Assembly: GCA_034926675.1 (NCBI GenBank)
Contig: JAYFQW010000081.1
Location: forward strand, 1-32,000
DNA length: 32,000 nt
Direction of reading: 5' to 3'
DNA from: Clostridia bacterium
GTDB lineage: Bacteria > Bacillota > DTU025
Position numbers and translations under genes: made by a program. This document shows positions 1-8,797 of this stretch, one piece after another; the stretch's first letter is position 1, and every line of letters starts with the position of its first letter. A model generated the notes under the pieces. That model made no database searches. It was given only the letters and a program-made list of their open reading frames with translations, and was not told where the DNA came from.

Positions 1-845
1 GTACACATGCTTCGGTTCGGGGCGTCCGGTCCCGGGCATAGTCATCGAAGTTGGTTTCTCAAAGTGCAGGCTGTATTCGTACGAAGTCTTGTCCCAGGTG
101 CTTGCCTGCCTGTATGCCCAGCTGGCCTCCACTCTATCCAGGGCGTCGTACTTGTACCATGATGCGGCCCAGTCGCCGAACCCCGGGCCCGTCTGCACAG
201 CGCTCCAGAGCAGCCTGCCCGCGATGTCGTATCCCTGGTATGCTAGTCGCTCAGGCTCCCCGACTCTCCGTGGGGCGCTCTCCTTCTCCCATCGGACCGC
301 AGCCGAGTACCCGACCGGCGCCATCTCAGGCGGGGCTGGCGGCAGTGACATGGGGACCGACCCAGCGCTGACGCGCCATACTTCAGAGAACGTCCTGTCA
401 ACATCGCTTACGTTTGCCTCTTTGGGATAGTAGGTTCGTATCCTCCGTCCGAACGCATCGTATTCGTGCTTGGTCTCATGCGCTGTGCCGAACGCATCGT
501 ATTCTCGCACCGCGTATCCCAACGAGTCGTACTGCACACGGGCGACCTGCCGCCAATCTTCCTCTTCCTGCTCCGCGAGGACGAAGCGACCTAGGCCGTC
601 GCATGTCTCCCTGATTCTGTGGCTGCGGTCGTCGGCTATGGGCTCAGCGATTGTGACTGAGAACTTGGAATCGTCGTAGACGCGGCTATACACGGGGCGT
701 TTGGGATCGCCAAGGCTTTGTGCTGGCCTTTCCACTGTCAGAAGCCGCCCGATGCCATCGTAAGTATACCTGTTGTATGATGCATTCGCCGAGGGATCGC
801 CGACGGTGAACTTGTTGTACTGTATCACCCTTCCATACCATCCTT
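1..845 (-). pseudogene. YD/RHS-repeat protein fragment; reading frame open from about 845 down to the window edge, no own start codon or signal peptide
   Basis: Manual minus-strand translation gives WYGRVIQYNKFTVGDPSANASYNRYTYDGIGRLLTVERPAQSLGDPKRPVYSRVYDDSKF...DGLGRFVLAEQ...VQYDSLGYAVREYDAFGTAHETKHEYDAFGRRIRTYYPK...YQGYDIAGRLLWSAV...WYKYDALDRVEASWAYRQAS. Repeated YD..GR motifs are typical of RHS/YD repeats. The same frame meets a stop (tag) just upstream of the junction, inside the secretin sequence. Confidence 0.75.
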
Positions 846-1903
846 GCGGTCCTGTTCTCGAGCGTCGTGATGCTTGGCCTTGCTAGAACCTTTGCCTTGC
901 CCGAACTCTCAAGCATTCTGATGTGTGTTACGATCTCAAGCGCACTCCTCAGCCACGGCCTTGCCTTGAACACGTCCCCGAATTCCTGCGGCGTGGTTCC
1001 CGGGGGAAGCTCCGTCTCTTTCAGCGCGAGCGTGAACACCGGCTGGCCTTGACTTCCCTGCCAGTCGATGCCCACGGAGCCCATATCGTCGGAATACGCC
1101 TCCACAATCTCGACGTCGAACGAGATCAGGGCTGGAACGCGGTCGAGTTCTCCAATTGCGTTCTCAACCTGATCCATATCTTCGACGGGTGCGGTTACTG
1201 CGATGGCGTTCGCGCCTCTTATGGGCGTCAGCCTTGCTGACTGAAATTGGCCTTGCAGAGACATCGCGGTCTCAGCGGCATCGGCGTAGCAAAGACGGAC
1301 GAGCCGAAAAGCCTGACTCTCGAGCCGACTGTGGGACGGATTCCTAAGGTAGCCATCAAGCGCCGCTCTGACTGCATTTACTTGACTGTACGGACCTCGG
1401 ACCACTACAGCCTTCAACTCAGAGAACGGCTGCGCCTCAATGTCTTTCCCTACTGCCTCTATCAGTGGGAGGATTGACTGAAGATCCCAGGCGGAGACGT
1501 CGAAGACCTGCACCCGCTCATCACGATGTACAGGTCTCCGTCAACCGTTGCCTGGGCGCCCGACGCCCTGGCTATCGTCTCGAGCGTGCTCGAAGGGGAC
1601 GTTTACAAGGCAAACGGTGATCTTCGCGTTGATGGCGTCATCGATAACGATGTTCACGCCAGCAGCCGATGCGAGTTGGGAGATCACCAACCTAGCATCC
1701 TGGGATGCCGCGTTGATGGACACGAGGGGAGAATGCACTTCAGAAGCCGGGCTCGATGCGCAAGCGCAGGAAGCGACACCGCAAGTCGCGCAGAGGAACA
1801 CGACTAGCGCAGCAAGAAGGCGCCACAGGCGGAACGACGCTGTTTGAGCCTCGAGATGAGTGGGAGCGGACCTGCGAGAAACTGCCTCGGCCATGGCTTC
1901 CAC
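835..1903 (-). pseudogene. Secretin (GspD/PilQ family), frameshifted and 3'-truncated
   Basis: Signal-peptide-like N-terminus, then PLVSINAASQDARLVISQLASAAGVNIVIDDAINAKITV (STN-like domain). The frame then changes to LETIARASGAQATVDGDLYIVMS, and again to VQVFDVSAWDLQSILPLIEAVG...SFDVEIVEAYSDDMGSVGIDW...VLARPSITTLENRTARM, where secretin homology stops. Confidence 0.75.
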
Positions 1904-2381
1904 CTCGCGTGCATAGCCACATGGCAGCGAACACTAGCACATAGAAGGTGAGAGCATCTTGCAGGATTTGTGGCTTGATTCTTTGGCACTTACAGATTCC
2001 TCCCACTATTTAGCGATTCCTCCTTGCAACAGCTCGCGAAATCACTACAGATATCTATGAATTATGTGATTCTTCGATGGCCTTTGTAAGGGTATCATCT
2101 TCACTGCCCTAACCATCCCAACCGAAAACTAACAGAAATCGCGCGCCTTCTTCAAGTTCCACTCTGCGACTGATGCCTTCGTCTTGGACAACTGGCGCTG
2201 CCGCGATCGCCGTTGGGGACTCTGACCCGGCAGGTCTCGATCGCGTCAGGTACACCACCAATGAGTGTAGGCACACCCGCAGGCGTGCCCACCGCGCGCC
2301 AAGCCATCGGTTCTTCGCATTTGCCTGGACCTCGCCAGCCCTACTGCGAAGCTACAGAGAGTTGGCGGGCGGGTTCTAGCT

Positions 2382-3407
2382 TTGTCCGGACTGAATATGC
2401 TCTACAGGTGGCTTTGCGCCCCTGGAGGTACGGCTGTGGGGAGGTTCCTGTGTATCGCTGCGCTGCTGTGCGTACTCGTAATAGTCGCAGTTCCGAGTGG
2501 GATTGCCCTGCTCATTGGGTCGCCGAACCGGGATCGCGAGGGGATCATGAGCATTTCCCTGTACGATTCCAGCACGGGCGCAATCAGGCGGATGACTCTC
2601 CAGGAGTACCTTGTGGGTGTGGTCGCTGCGGAGATGCCTGCCTCATTCGGATATGAGGCCCTGAAGGCGCAGGCGGTGGCTGCGAGGACCTACACTATCC
2701 GCAGGATCATCCAGAACAGGGAGGCGCCGTGCGACGCACACAGGGGAGCGGACATGTGCAGCGATCCCGGGCACTGCCAGGCGTGGTGTTCCAGAGAAGA
2801 GCTTGTCCGGAAATGGGGTGTGGCATCGTACATATCCAATGTGCGGACTATCATCGGGGCAGTCGCCGACACGGATGGTCTTGTGATGACATATCAGGGC
2901 CAGCTCATTGATGCCGTGTACCATTCCTGCTGCGGAGGAGTCACTGAGGACGCGGCAGATGTCTGGGGCCGGAAGGCGCCTTATCTGGTCCCTGTGAGAT
3001 GCGATTACGAGGGAAGGGCAGGAGGGCTTACAGAATCAAAGACCTTCACCAGCGCTCAACTCATCGCAGCATTGGGAATCAGGGATCGGGCGGTTCCGAC
3101 GCTCTCTTCTGGAGTGAGGGTGGCGGCGACGACCCCCACTGCACGAGCCAGTGTGGTTTCGGTGTACGGCGTGCCTGTGCTGGCAGCCGACCTCCGTCGG
3201 GCTCTCTCCTTGAAATCCACTGCGCTTGCGGTGCGCAGTGATAGCGGCAAAGTCACGTTCACTACTAGAGGATACGGCCACGGCGTCGGGATGTGTCAGT
3301 GGGGAGCAGATGGCATGGCAGCTGCCGGCATCAGTTTCGACCGCATTCTCCTGCATTACTATACCGGGGTTCAGATTCAGAGAATCCGGTTGGGGCCTGG
3401 GGAATAG
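2382..3407 (+). CDS. spoIID: Stage II sporulation protein D (SpoIID/LytB domain)
   Basis: MTLQEYLVGVVAAEMPASFGYEALKAQAVAARTYTIRRI; YHSCCGGVTEDAADVWG; RGYGHGVGMCQWGADGMAAAG. N-terminal TM segment. Start could be TTG 2382 or ATG 2397. Confidence 0.93.
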   Translation: MSGLNMLYRWLCAPGGTAVGRFLCIAALLCVLVIVAVPSGIALLIGSPNRDREGIMSISLYDSSTGAIRRMTLQEYLVGVVAAEMPASFGYEALKAQAVAARTYTIRRIIQNREAPCDAHRGADMCSDPGHCQAWCSREELVRKWGVASYISNVRTIIGAVADTDGLVMTYQGQLIDAVYHSCCGGVTEDAADVWGRKAPYLVPVRCDYEGRAGGLTESKTFTSAQLIAALGIRDRAVPTLSSGVRVAATTPTARASVVSVYGVPVLAADLRRALSLKSTALAVRSDSGKVTFTTRGYGHGVGMCQWGADGMAAAGISFDRILLHYYTGVQIQRIRLGPGE

Positions 3408-3493
3408 ACACACCATGGCTTCCGTGGCCTTCGGCCTGGAAGTCACGCATACCCCTGCCTGCCTCGGGGAAGAATTCGCCCCGAGGTGGTTTC

Positions 3494-4111
3494 ATGCTCA
3501 GGAAGAAGATCTCTGCGCGTTTGGTCGTAATTACGGCTGTCGCCGCAGTGTCGTTGTGTATCGGCTATTCTGCGGCCCTCGTCTGGCCATGGCGCGCCAC
3601 GGCGCCAACTGGTCCTCAGGTGACTGCGGCTGGGATCAAGACTGACACCGGGGACACCTGGATCTCTGCAGGCCTAGATGCAGCTACGCCGGTCAGCGCT
3701 CCGGCGCCAAGAAGGCCAGAGACGATGACGATGCCAGTTCAGGGGAAGGTGGTCGCGGACTATGGCTGGCAGCGGGATCCCATCCTTTCGGACTGGCGAT
3801 TCAGGGACGGAATCGACATTCTGTGTGACGCGGGTGCGCAGGCGTCAGCAGCACTATCAGGCACGGTGCGCGAGGCAGCTGGGAATGGATCATCCGGCTT
3901 CACAGTAGTCCTGGAACACAGGGGCGGAGTCTCAACGGTCTACGCCAATCTCAGGACGCTTTTGGTATCCACGGGCGACTCAGTGGAACAGGGGTCTGGC
4001 ATAGGGGATGTGGGGGCATCGCCTGAGGCAGGCGGCAGCGTGCTTCGATTCAAGGTCGAGTGCGAGGGGGAGCTCAGAGATCCCGCGTCCTGCATGGGGC
4101 TTGTGTTCTAG
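3494..4111 (+). CDS. spoIIQ: SpoIIQ-like membrane protein with a degenerate LytM/M23 domain
   Basis: The ORF track starts at 3293, overlapping spoIID. A more likely in-frame ATG is at 3494 (MLRKKISARLVVITAVAAVSLCIGYSAALVW, one TM). C-terminal M23-like fold (RDGIDILCDAGAQASAALSGTVREA...VVLEHRGGVSTVYANL...GSVLRFKVE). Lies between spoIID and spoIIID. Confidence 0.8.
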   Translation: MLRKKISARLVVITAVAAVSLCIGYSAALVWPWRATAPTGPQVTAAGIKTDTGDTWISAGLDAATPVSAPAPRRPETMTMPVQGKVVADYGWQRDPILSDWRFRDGIDILCDAGAQASAALSGTVREAAGNGSSGFTVVLEHRGGVSTVYANLRTLLVSTGDSVEQGSGIGDVGASPEAGGSVLRFKVECEGELRDPASCMGLVF

Positions 4112-4122
4112 CTGAGGAATAA

Positions 4123-4166
4123 TCCCTCCCTGTACGAATACCTATCTAGCAAACGACAGGGAGGGA
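4123..4166 (+). promoter_or_regulatory. 11-bp perfect inverted repeat covering part of the spoIIID ribosome-binding region
   Basis: TCCCTCCCTGT (4123-4133) and ACAGGGAGGGA (4156-4166) are exact reverse complements. The right arm overlaps the purine-rich gggagggagg upstream of the ATG at 4180. Confidence 0.6.
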
Positions 4167-4179
4167 GGCCGGACGACAC

Positions 4180-4437
4180 ATGAGGGAGTACATTCGTCGG
4201 CGCGTCCTTGAAATAACTGACCACATGATTGAGACCAAGGCCACGGTGCGCCAGACGGCGCGCCTGTTTAATGTGAGCAAGAGTACTGTTCACAAGGATG
4301 TGACCGAGAGGCTTCCCTCGATCAACAAGCAGCTTGCACGCAAAGTAAAGAAAATTCTTGACCAAAACAAGGCCGAGAGGCATATCAGAGGGGGCGAGGC
4401 GACCAGAAGGAAGTACCGCACCGCTCTCCATAGCTGA
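4180..4437 (+). CDS. spoIIID: Sporulation transcriptional regulator SpoIIID
   Basis: MREYIRRRVLEITDHMIETKATVRQTARLFNVSKSTVHKDVTERLPSINKQLARKVKKILDQNKAERHIRGGEATRRKYR matches the SpoIIID HTH family. Confidence 0.95.
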   Translation: MREYIRRRVLEITDHMIETKATVRQTARLFNVSKSTVHKDVTERLPSINKQLARKVKKILDQNKAERHIRGGEATRRKYRTALHS

Positions 4438-4550
4438 TGTATGATGGAAGGTGAAACCGGACTGAGGCCGAATTCTACCGAAATCCAGAGGATGACCCGC
4501 AGTGACTGGTTCAAGCTGGTCATTCCCCTGGCACACCCGGGGGTAGCGGA

Positions 4551-5561
4551 ATGGCGTGGTCACAGATGGACATGGGAATCGACTTAGGCACTGAGAACAT
4601 CCGGGTCTTCGTTCGAGGGCGGGGAGTGGTTATCGACGAGCGCTCAGTAGTGGCAGTGCACGCCCGGACCGGCCAGTTCCTCGAGGCCGGGAACCGAGCG
4701 AGCGAAGCTCTGTACAAGGACCCATACGAGAGGAAACTCATCAAGCCGATTTCAGCCGGGGCGATCTCTCGATATGATGGTGCGCTGATGATACTGAGGT
4801 GGGCCATTGCCAGGGCCATTGGCGGCGCGGTCATCCGCCCCAGAGTGGTATTGTCGGCGCCGTCGCGTGCAACCGACGTGGAGAGGCGAGCTTTGAGGCA
4901 GGCCGCGATGGAGGCTGGGGCGCGTGAGATCGCTATGATCGAGGCCCCGATGGCCGCTGCGATTGGCGCCGGCATAGATGTGTTCGAATCCACAGGGCAT
5001 ATGGTTGTAGACATAGGAGCAGGTGTAACCGATATTGGCGTGATAGCCATCGGCGGGCTGGTTGCTGGGGACAGGCTCGACACTGGAGGAGACAGCTTCG
5101 ATAAGGCCCTGATAAGGTACGTTCGCTCGTCGAGGAACCTGATGTTAGGAGACCGGGCCGCAGAATGCATGAAGGCGGAAGTGGGAGCGGCGCATGGCGG
5201 CGTCGCTGCCCTTTCCATGATAGTGCATGGGCGCGATCTCGCCTCGGGCCTCCCAAGGGAGGCCAGTGTGACATCGCAGGAGATCTCCGAAGCACTGTCA
5301 GCGTGCTTGCGGGACATCTCCGATGCGGTAAGATGTGTAATAGAAGCAACACCGCCTGAGCTAATAGCGGATATCTCTGAGCACGGCATACTCCTTACTG
5401 GCGGAGCATCGCGCCTGCGAGGAATCGCCGATTGTGTCGGGGAAGCGGCAGGTGTTCGCGCGCTGGTCGCTCCTGACCCCGCGAGGTGCGTGATTAACGG
5501 CCTTGGAAGGTTCGCAGAGGGCATGGACCTGCGCGTGACATCCAGCGTCAAAAGAGTATGA
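4551..5561 (+). CDS. mreB: MreB/Mbl-family rod-shape actin homologue
   Basis: MGIDLGTENIRVFVRGRGVVIDERSVVAVH; EAPMAAAIGAGIDVFESTGHMVVDIGAGVTDIGVIAIGGLV...GGDSFDKALIRYVR; ILLTGGASRLRGIAD. All are MreB/Mbl phosphate and nucleotide-binding motifs. Confidence 0.93.
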   Translation: MAWSQMDMGIDLGTENIRVFVRGRGVVIDERSVVAVHARTGQFLEAGNRASEALYKDPYERKLIKPISAGAISRYDGALMILRWAIARAIGGAVIRPRVVLSAPSRATDVERRALRQAAMEAGAREIAMIEAPMAAAIGAGIDVFESTGHMVVDIGAGVTDIGVIAIGGLVAGDRLDTGGDSFDKALIRYVRSSRNLMLGDRAAECMKAEVGAAHGGVAALSMIVHGRDLASGLPREASVTSQEISEALSACLRDISDAVRCVIEATPPELIADISEHGILLTGGASRLRGIADCVGEAAGVRALVAPDPARCVINGLGRFAEGMDLRVTSSVKRV

Positions 5562-5592
5562 TTGGTCTAGTCAACAGGCATCGAGAGGAGCG

Positions 5593-7491
5593 TTGCGTCG
5601 AGTGTTTAGGAGGATTTCGTCTGGGAGATTTCTTGCCTTCGCGGTCATCGCTTGCATTGTCGTCCTTTGGGCGCATTCACCGGCCATGGCCGCCTCCAGC
5701 GGTGTGCCTACCATGGGTGTTCACGAACTCACTCCTGGTATGGCGGCATCCGGCAGGACGGTCTTCGCAGGAACGGCGCCGGAGGACTTCCCAGTGGAGA
5801 TCCTCGGAGTGCTTCCCGGGGCCGGACAGGTCGGAGATCTCGTGCTGATCCGGGCTTTTGGTCCTGCCATTGATAAGGCAGGAGGCATAGCTGAGGGCAT
5901 GAGCGGCAGCCCGGTGTATGTCGACGGGAAGCTGATCGGCGCAATAGCATTCGTTTTCCCGTCGGGGGATCAGTCAGTGGGGATGGTTACGCCAATTGCG
6001 GACATGATGAGGATGCTGTCGTATCCAGACAATGCTGATCGAAGCGCATCAGTTTGGACAGGCGCTCCCCTAGGCCTTGTCGCATCTACGGTGATGGTGA
6101 GTGGCCTATCCGGCAGGGCATACGATAGACTAGCGGATTCGCTGAAGAAGCTCGGAATTGCGGCCAGGCAGGGCGCTGCATACACAGCTGCTGCGGGGGT
6201 CAGTGGAAATGGATCGTTTGCCAGCGGCTTGTCACAGGTCGAGCCCATAATTCCAGGCTCTGCCATAGGGGTGCAGCTTGCGCAGGGAGATATCGAGATC
6301 ACTTCATTCGGGACTGTTACGTACGTCGAAGGGGACAGGTTCCTTGCGTTCGGCCACCCTCTGCGCGGTGTGGGTGTGACTGACCTTCCTGCGTGCTCAG
6401 CGTATGTGCATGGCGTGTTCAAATCGAACGCATCGCCGTTCAAGGTGATGTCGTCAGGACGTCAGGTCGGAGCATTCAGTCAGGACCGCCTGACTGGCAT
6501 GCTGGGCAGGACTGGCGCGAATGCGGCGATGACGCCCGTCAGGGTGCGGGTGGTTGACGGGGAGACGGGACGCGAGAAGGAGACCATCGCACGGATTACC
6601 ACAGATGACCTGATCATTGCCGACGTATTCGGCTCCGCAGTTCTGGCCGCAACCGACCGCACGCTCGAGCGAGTTGGAAAGGGCGCAGCAACCGTCACTC
6701 TCAAGGTAGACCTGGACGGCAGGGAACCTTTCGAGCGGATCAACACGTTCTGTAGTAATTCGGATGTAGCTGGGGCGAGCGCGTCGGAGGCTGTGGACAT
6801 CGTAAACCTGATCGCTTCCAACACCATTGAGAGGGCGAAGATCTCGGGCATCGATCTGGTCGTGCAGGTGGACCCGGTGCGCCGCACTGCCGCCATAGAG
6901 AAGGTCAAAGTGGCTCAGAATCAGGTGAAGCCAGGCGACACCATCGATGTGGAGGTGACTCTGAGAGAGTACCGTGGAGAGAGAATCGTAAAGACGGTGC
7001 AACTGGCAATCCCAGAGGATGTGCCGGGCGGTCCGATCTCCATATGTGTGAGGGGTGGAAGCCCTGCATACGATGAGGAGGATTACAGCTGCCTCCCACC
7101 GACCATCGAAGAGCTTCTCAAGATGGATCTGGACACAATGCTTGAGAAGCTTGGCGCCCGCTACCGCGGGAACGAGCTTGTCGTGGAACTTGAGCCATAC
7201 TATACCGACGAAGCCGGGACGCCTGGCAAGGAGGCGCCTGCCCATGACGCTTCCGGGGAACCGCAGCCCCATCGGGGCAACCCGCTGGATTCTGCCAAGG
7301 GCATGGATAAGCAGCAGGATAAGGCGGCCAAGCCGACTATCGCGCCTCCTGAAGAGGAACTGTCTCCTGAGCCTGTGGTGTCGAAAGTAGCGACAGACTG
7401 GGTCATCGAGGGGATCAGGTGGGCAACTGTTGAGATAGAAACACCTGTGGATGACGTCCCCATTGCGGACGAGACTGCATCCGACTGGTAA
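5593..7491 (+). CDS. SpoIVB-type peptidase S55 domain protein with a long C-terminal extension
   Basis: N-terminal signal/TM, then GGIAEGMSGSPVYVDGKLIGAIAFVFPSGDQSVGMVTPI, then FGTVTYVEGDRFLAFGHPLRGVG and VGAFSQDRLTGMLGRTG. TTG start at 5593. Confidence 0.85.
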   Translation: MRRVFRRISSGRFLAFAVIACIVVLWAHSPAMAASSGVPTMGVHELTPGMAASGRTVFAGTAPEDFPVEILGVLPGAGQVGDLVLIRAFGPAIDKAGGIAEGMSGSPVYVDGKLIGAIAFVFPSGDQSVGMVTPIADMMRMLSYPDNADRSASVWTGAPLGLVASTVMVSGLSGRAYDRLADSLKKLGIAARQGAAYTAAAGVSGNGSFASGLSQVEPIIPGSAIGVQLAQGDIEITSFGTVTYVEGDRFLAFGHPLRGVGVTDLPACSAYVHGVFKSNASPFKVMSSGRQVGAFSQDRLTGMLGRTGANAAMTPVRVRVVDGETGREKETIARITTDDLIIADVFGSAVLAATDRTLERVGKGAATVTLKVDLDGREPFERINTFCSNSDVAGASASEAVDIVNLIASNTIERAKISGIDLVVQVDPVRRTAAIEKVKVAQNQVKPGDTIDVEVTLREYRGERIVKTVQLAIPEDVPGGPISICVRGGSPAYDEEDYSCLPPTIEELLKMDLDTMLEKLGARYRGNELVVELEPYYTDEAGTPGKEAPAHDASGEPQPHRGNPLDSAKGMDKQQDKAAKPTIAPPEEELSPEPVVSKVATDWVIEGIRWATVEIETPVDDVPIADETASDW

Positions 7492-7505
7492 GCTGGGATG
7501 GACGC

Positions 7506-8525
7506 CTACGCCAACTGCCCGGGTTGTCTTGAGAAGACGGCTCGGGCCTTTCGCTGTTCAGCAAACCATCGCAGTGAATCAGAGATCGAATCCCGAAGCG
7601 GCCTTGGTGAGTATCCCAGCTCTCTTCTGGCCTTCGCGCTGCTTATGTCGCAGTTCGACAGCAGCGTTTCGATGGAATACTTGGTGATGCGAGTTGGGAT
7701 CCGCGTCAGAGCCGAGACCGTCATTGCTACGTGAGCCGCGACCCGAGCAAGCCACGCCGGAATCCTCACGCGAGTGATCCGACGCCTGCCAGATACCTCA
7801 TCGACTACCCGGCCCAGATTCGCTACAGTGATGCACTCGCCGGACAGAATATAGGTCTCGCCAGGCCTGCCTTTCTCGCATGCGAGTATGTGGCCGATGG
7901 CGACATCACGGACATCAACGAAATCGTAAGCTCCTTCCGGGACGGCTCTGAGGGAGCCCGATGCGAGATCCAGAAGCACCTGGCCCATTATGGATACACG
8001 GTAGTCGTAAGGACCGATCACCCCTGTGGGGCAGACGATCACCGCGTTCAACCCGCGCTTGGCCGCGTTGAGCACTGCCAGAGAGGCGTGGGCCTTTGAC
8101 CTGTCATACCCACCCCTGGAGCGGTTGGGATCGAATCCGCACGATTCGTCGATGGTGCGGCCCTTCGGCGGCTCTACCAGGGAATGAATGGAGCTGGTGT
8201 ACACGAGCTTCTTTACCCCTGCACGTTCCACCGCAGCAATGACGTTGATTGTTCCCTCAACGTTTACTCTGTTCACAAGCGCCTCCTGCTCAGGGGAGAT
8301 CACCACGAGGCCTGCGACGTGGTAGACGGCCTCGGCGCCAGAAAACGCCCTGTCGAGGGAATCCGGATCCAGTATGTCTCCGCGGACCACATCTACATCC
8401 AGCCCTGAGATGGCGCCCGTATCTTCAGACGGCAGAACCAGGGCCCTTACCTGTTTTCCGCGGGCCAATAGCTCCCGAACCAGCACATTCCCGATGTGGC
8501 CAGTTGCGCCTGTCACGACGATCAT
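7506..8525 (-). CDS. NAD-dependent epimerase/dehydratase (extended SDR, dihydroflavonol-reductase-like)
   Basis: MIVVTGATGHIGNVLVRELLARGKQVRALV (Rossmann GxxGxxG), VNVEGTINVIAAVERAGVKKLVYTSSIHSL, GGYDRSKAHA (YxxxK). ORF-track start is 8543; the internal ATG at 8525 is a better fit. Confidence 0.88.
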   Translation of the reverse strand: MIVVTGATGHIGNVLVRELLARGKQVRALVLPSEDTGAISGLDVDVVRGDILDPDSLDRAFSGAEAVYHVAGLVVISPEQEALVNRVNVEGTINVIAAVERAGVKKLVYTSSIHSLVEPPKGRTIDESCGFDPNRSRGGYDRSKAHASLAVLNAAKRGLNAVIVCPTGVIGPYDYRVSIMGQVLLDLASGSLRAVPEGAYDFVDVRDVAIGHILACEKGRPGETYILSGECITVANLGRVVDEVSGRRRITRVRIPAWLARVAAHVAMTVSALTRIPTRITKYSIETLLSNCDISSAKARRELGYSPRPLRDSISDSLRWFAEQRKARAVFSRQPGQLA

Positions 8526-8616
8526 TTCACGCTCATCCTCCAAACATACGGCGCTGGCCGAGCCCGCGGGGCGCCCGCATGAACAGGCGGCAACGATGTT
8601 CCGCCAGGCCTCGGCG

Positions 8617-8638
8617 ACTGACTGACCGTTCAGTCAGT
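8617..8638. promoter_or_regulatory. Perfect palindromic operator, TetR-family-like, in the divergent intergenic region
   Basis: ACTGACTGA-CCGT-TCAGTCAGT: 9-bp arms, 4-bp spacer. It overlaps the -35/spacer of a candidate promoter (ACTGAC 8621-8626, 17-nt spacer, TATAGA 8644-8649). Confidence 0.65.
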
Positions 8639-8797
8639 TACAGTATAGATCTCACTGCCGTGGCTGTCAACGAGGCGATCTGCCCAGTGGAATTTAATGG
8701 GACAGTCCTCAACATATGCGCAGCCCGGAACGTTTTCACGCAAGCGCGCTCGAAGGTGGAGGGGAACCGATGTCGAACTCACCGAGTGGTGATATAT

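Noticed and set aside
51-679. Small plus-strand ORFs at the left edge
   Set aside because: They lie opposite the YD-repeat frame, which has a far more convincing protein signature.
4520-5551. 343-aa minus-strand ORF opposite mreB
   Set aside because: Ser/Ala/Pro-rich antisense shadow of a clear MreB gene; typical of GC-rich codon bias.
6454-7272. 272-aa minus-strand ORF opposite the S55 gene
   Set aside because: Antisense to a well-supported protein; no motif seen.
8249-8797. In-frame 5' extension of the TamB ORF
   Set aside because: The 183 extra codons are antisense to the epimerase start region and cross the palindromic operator. The translation is low-complexity Arg/Pro/Gly-rich, while GTG 8798 gives a proper TM anchor.
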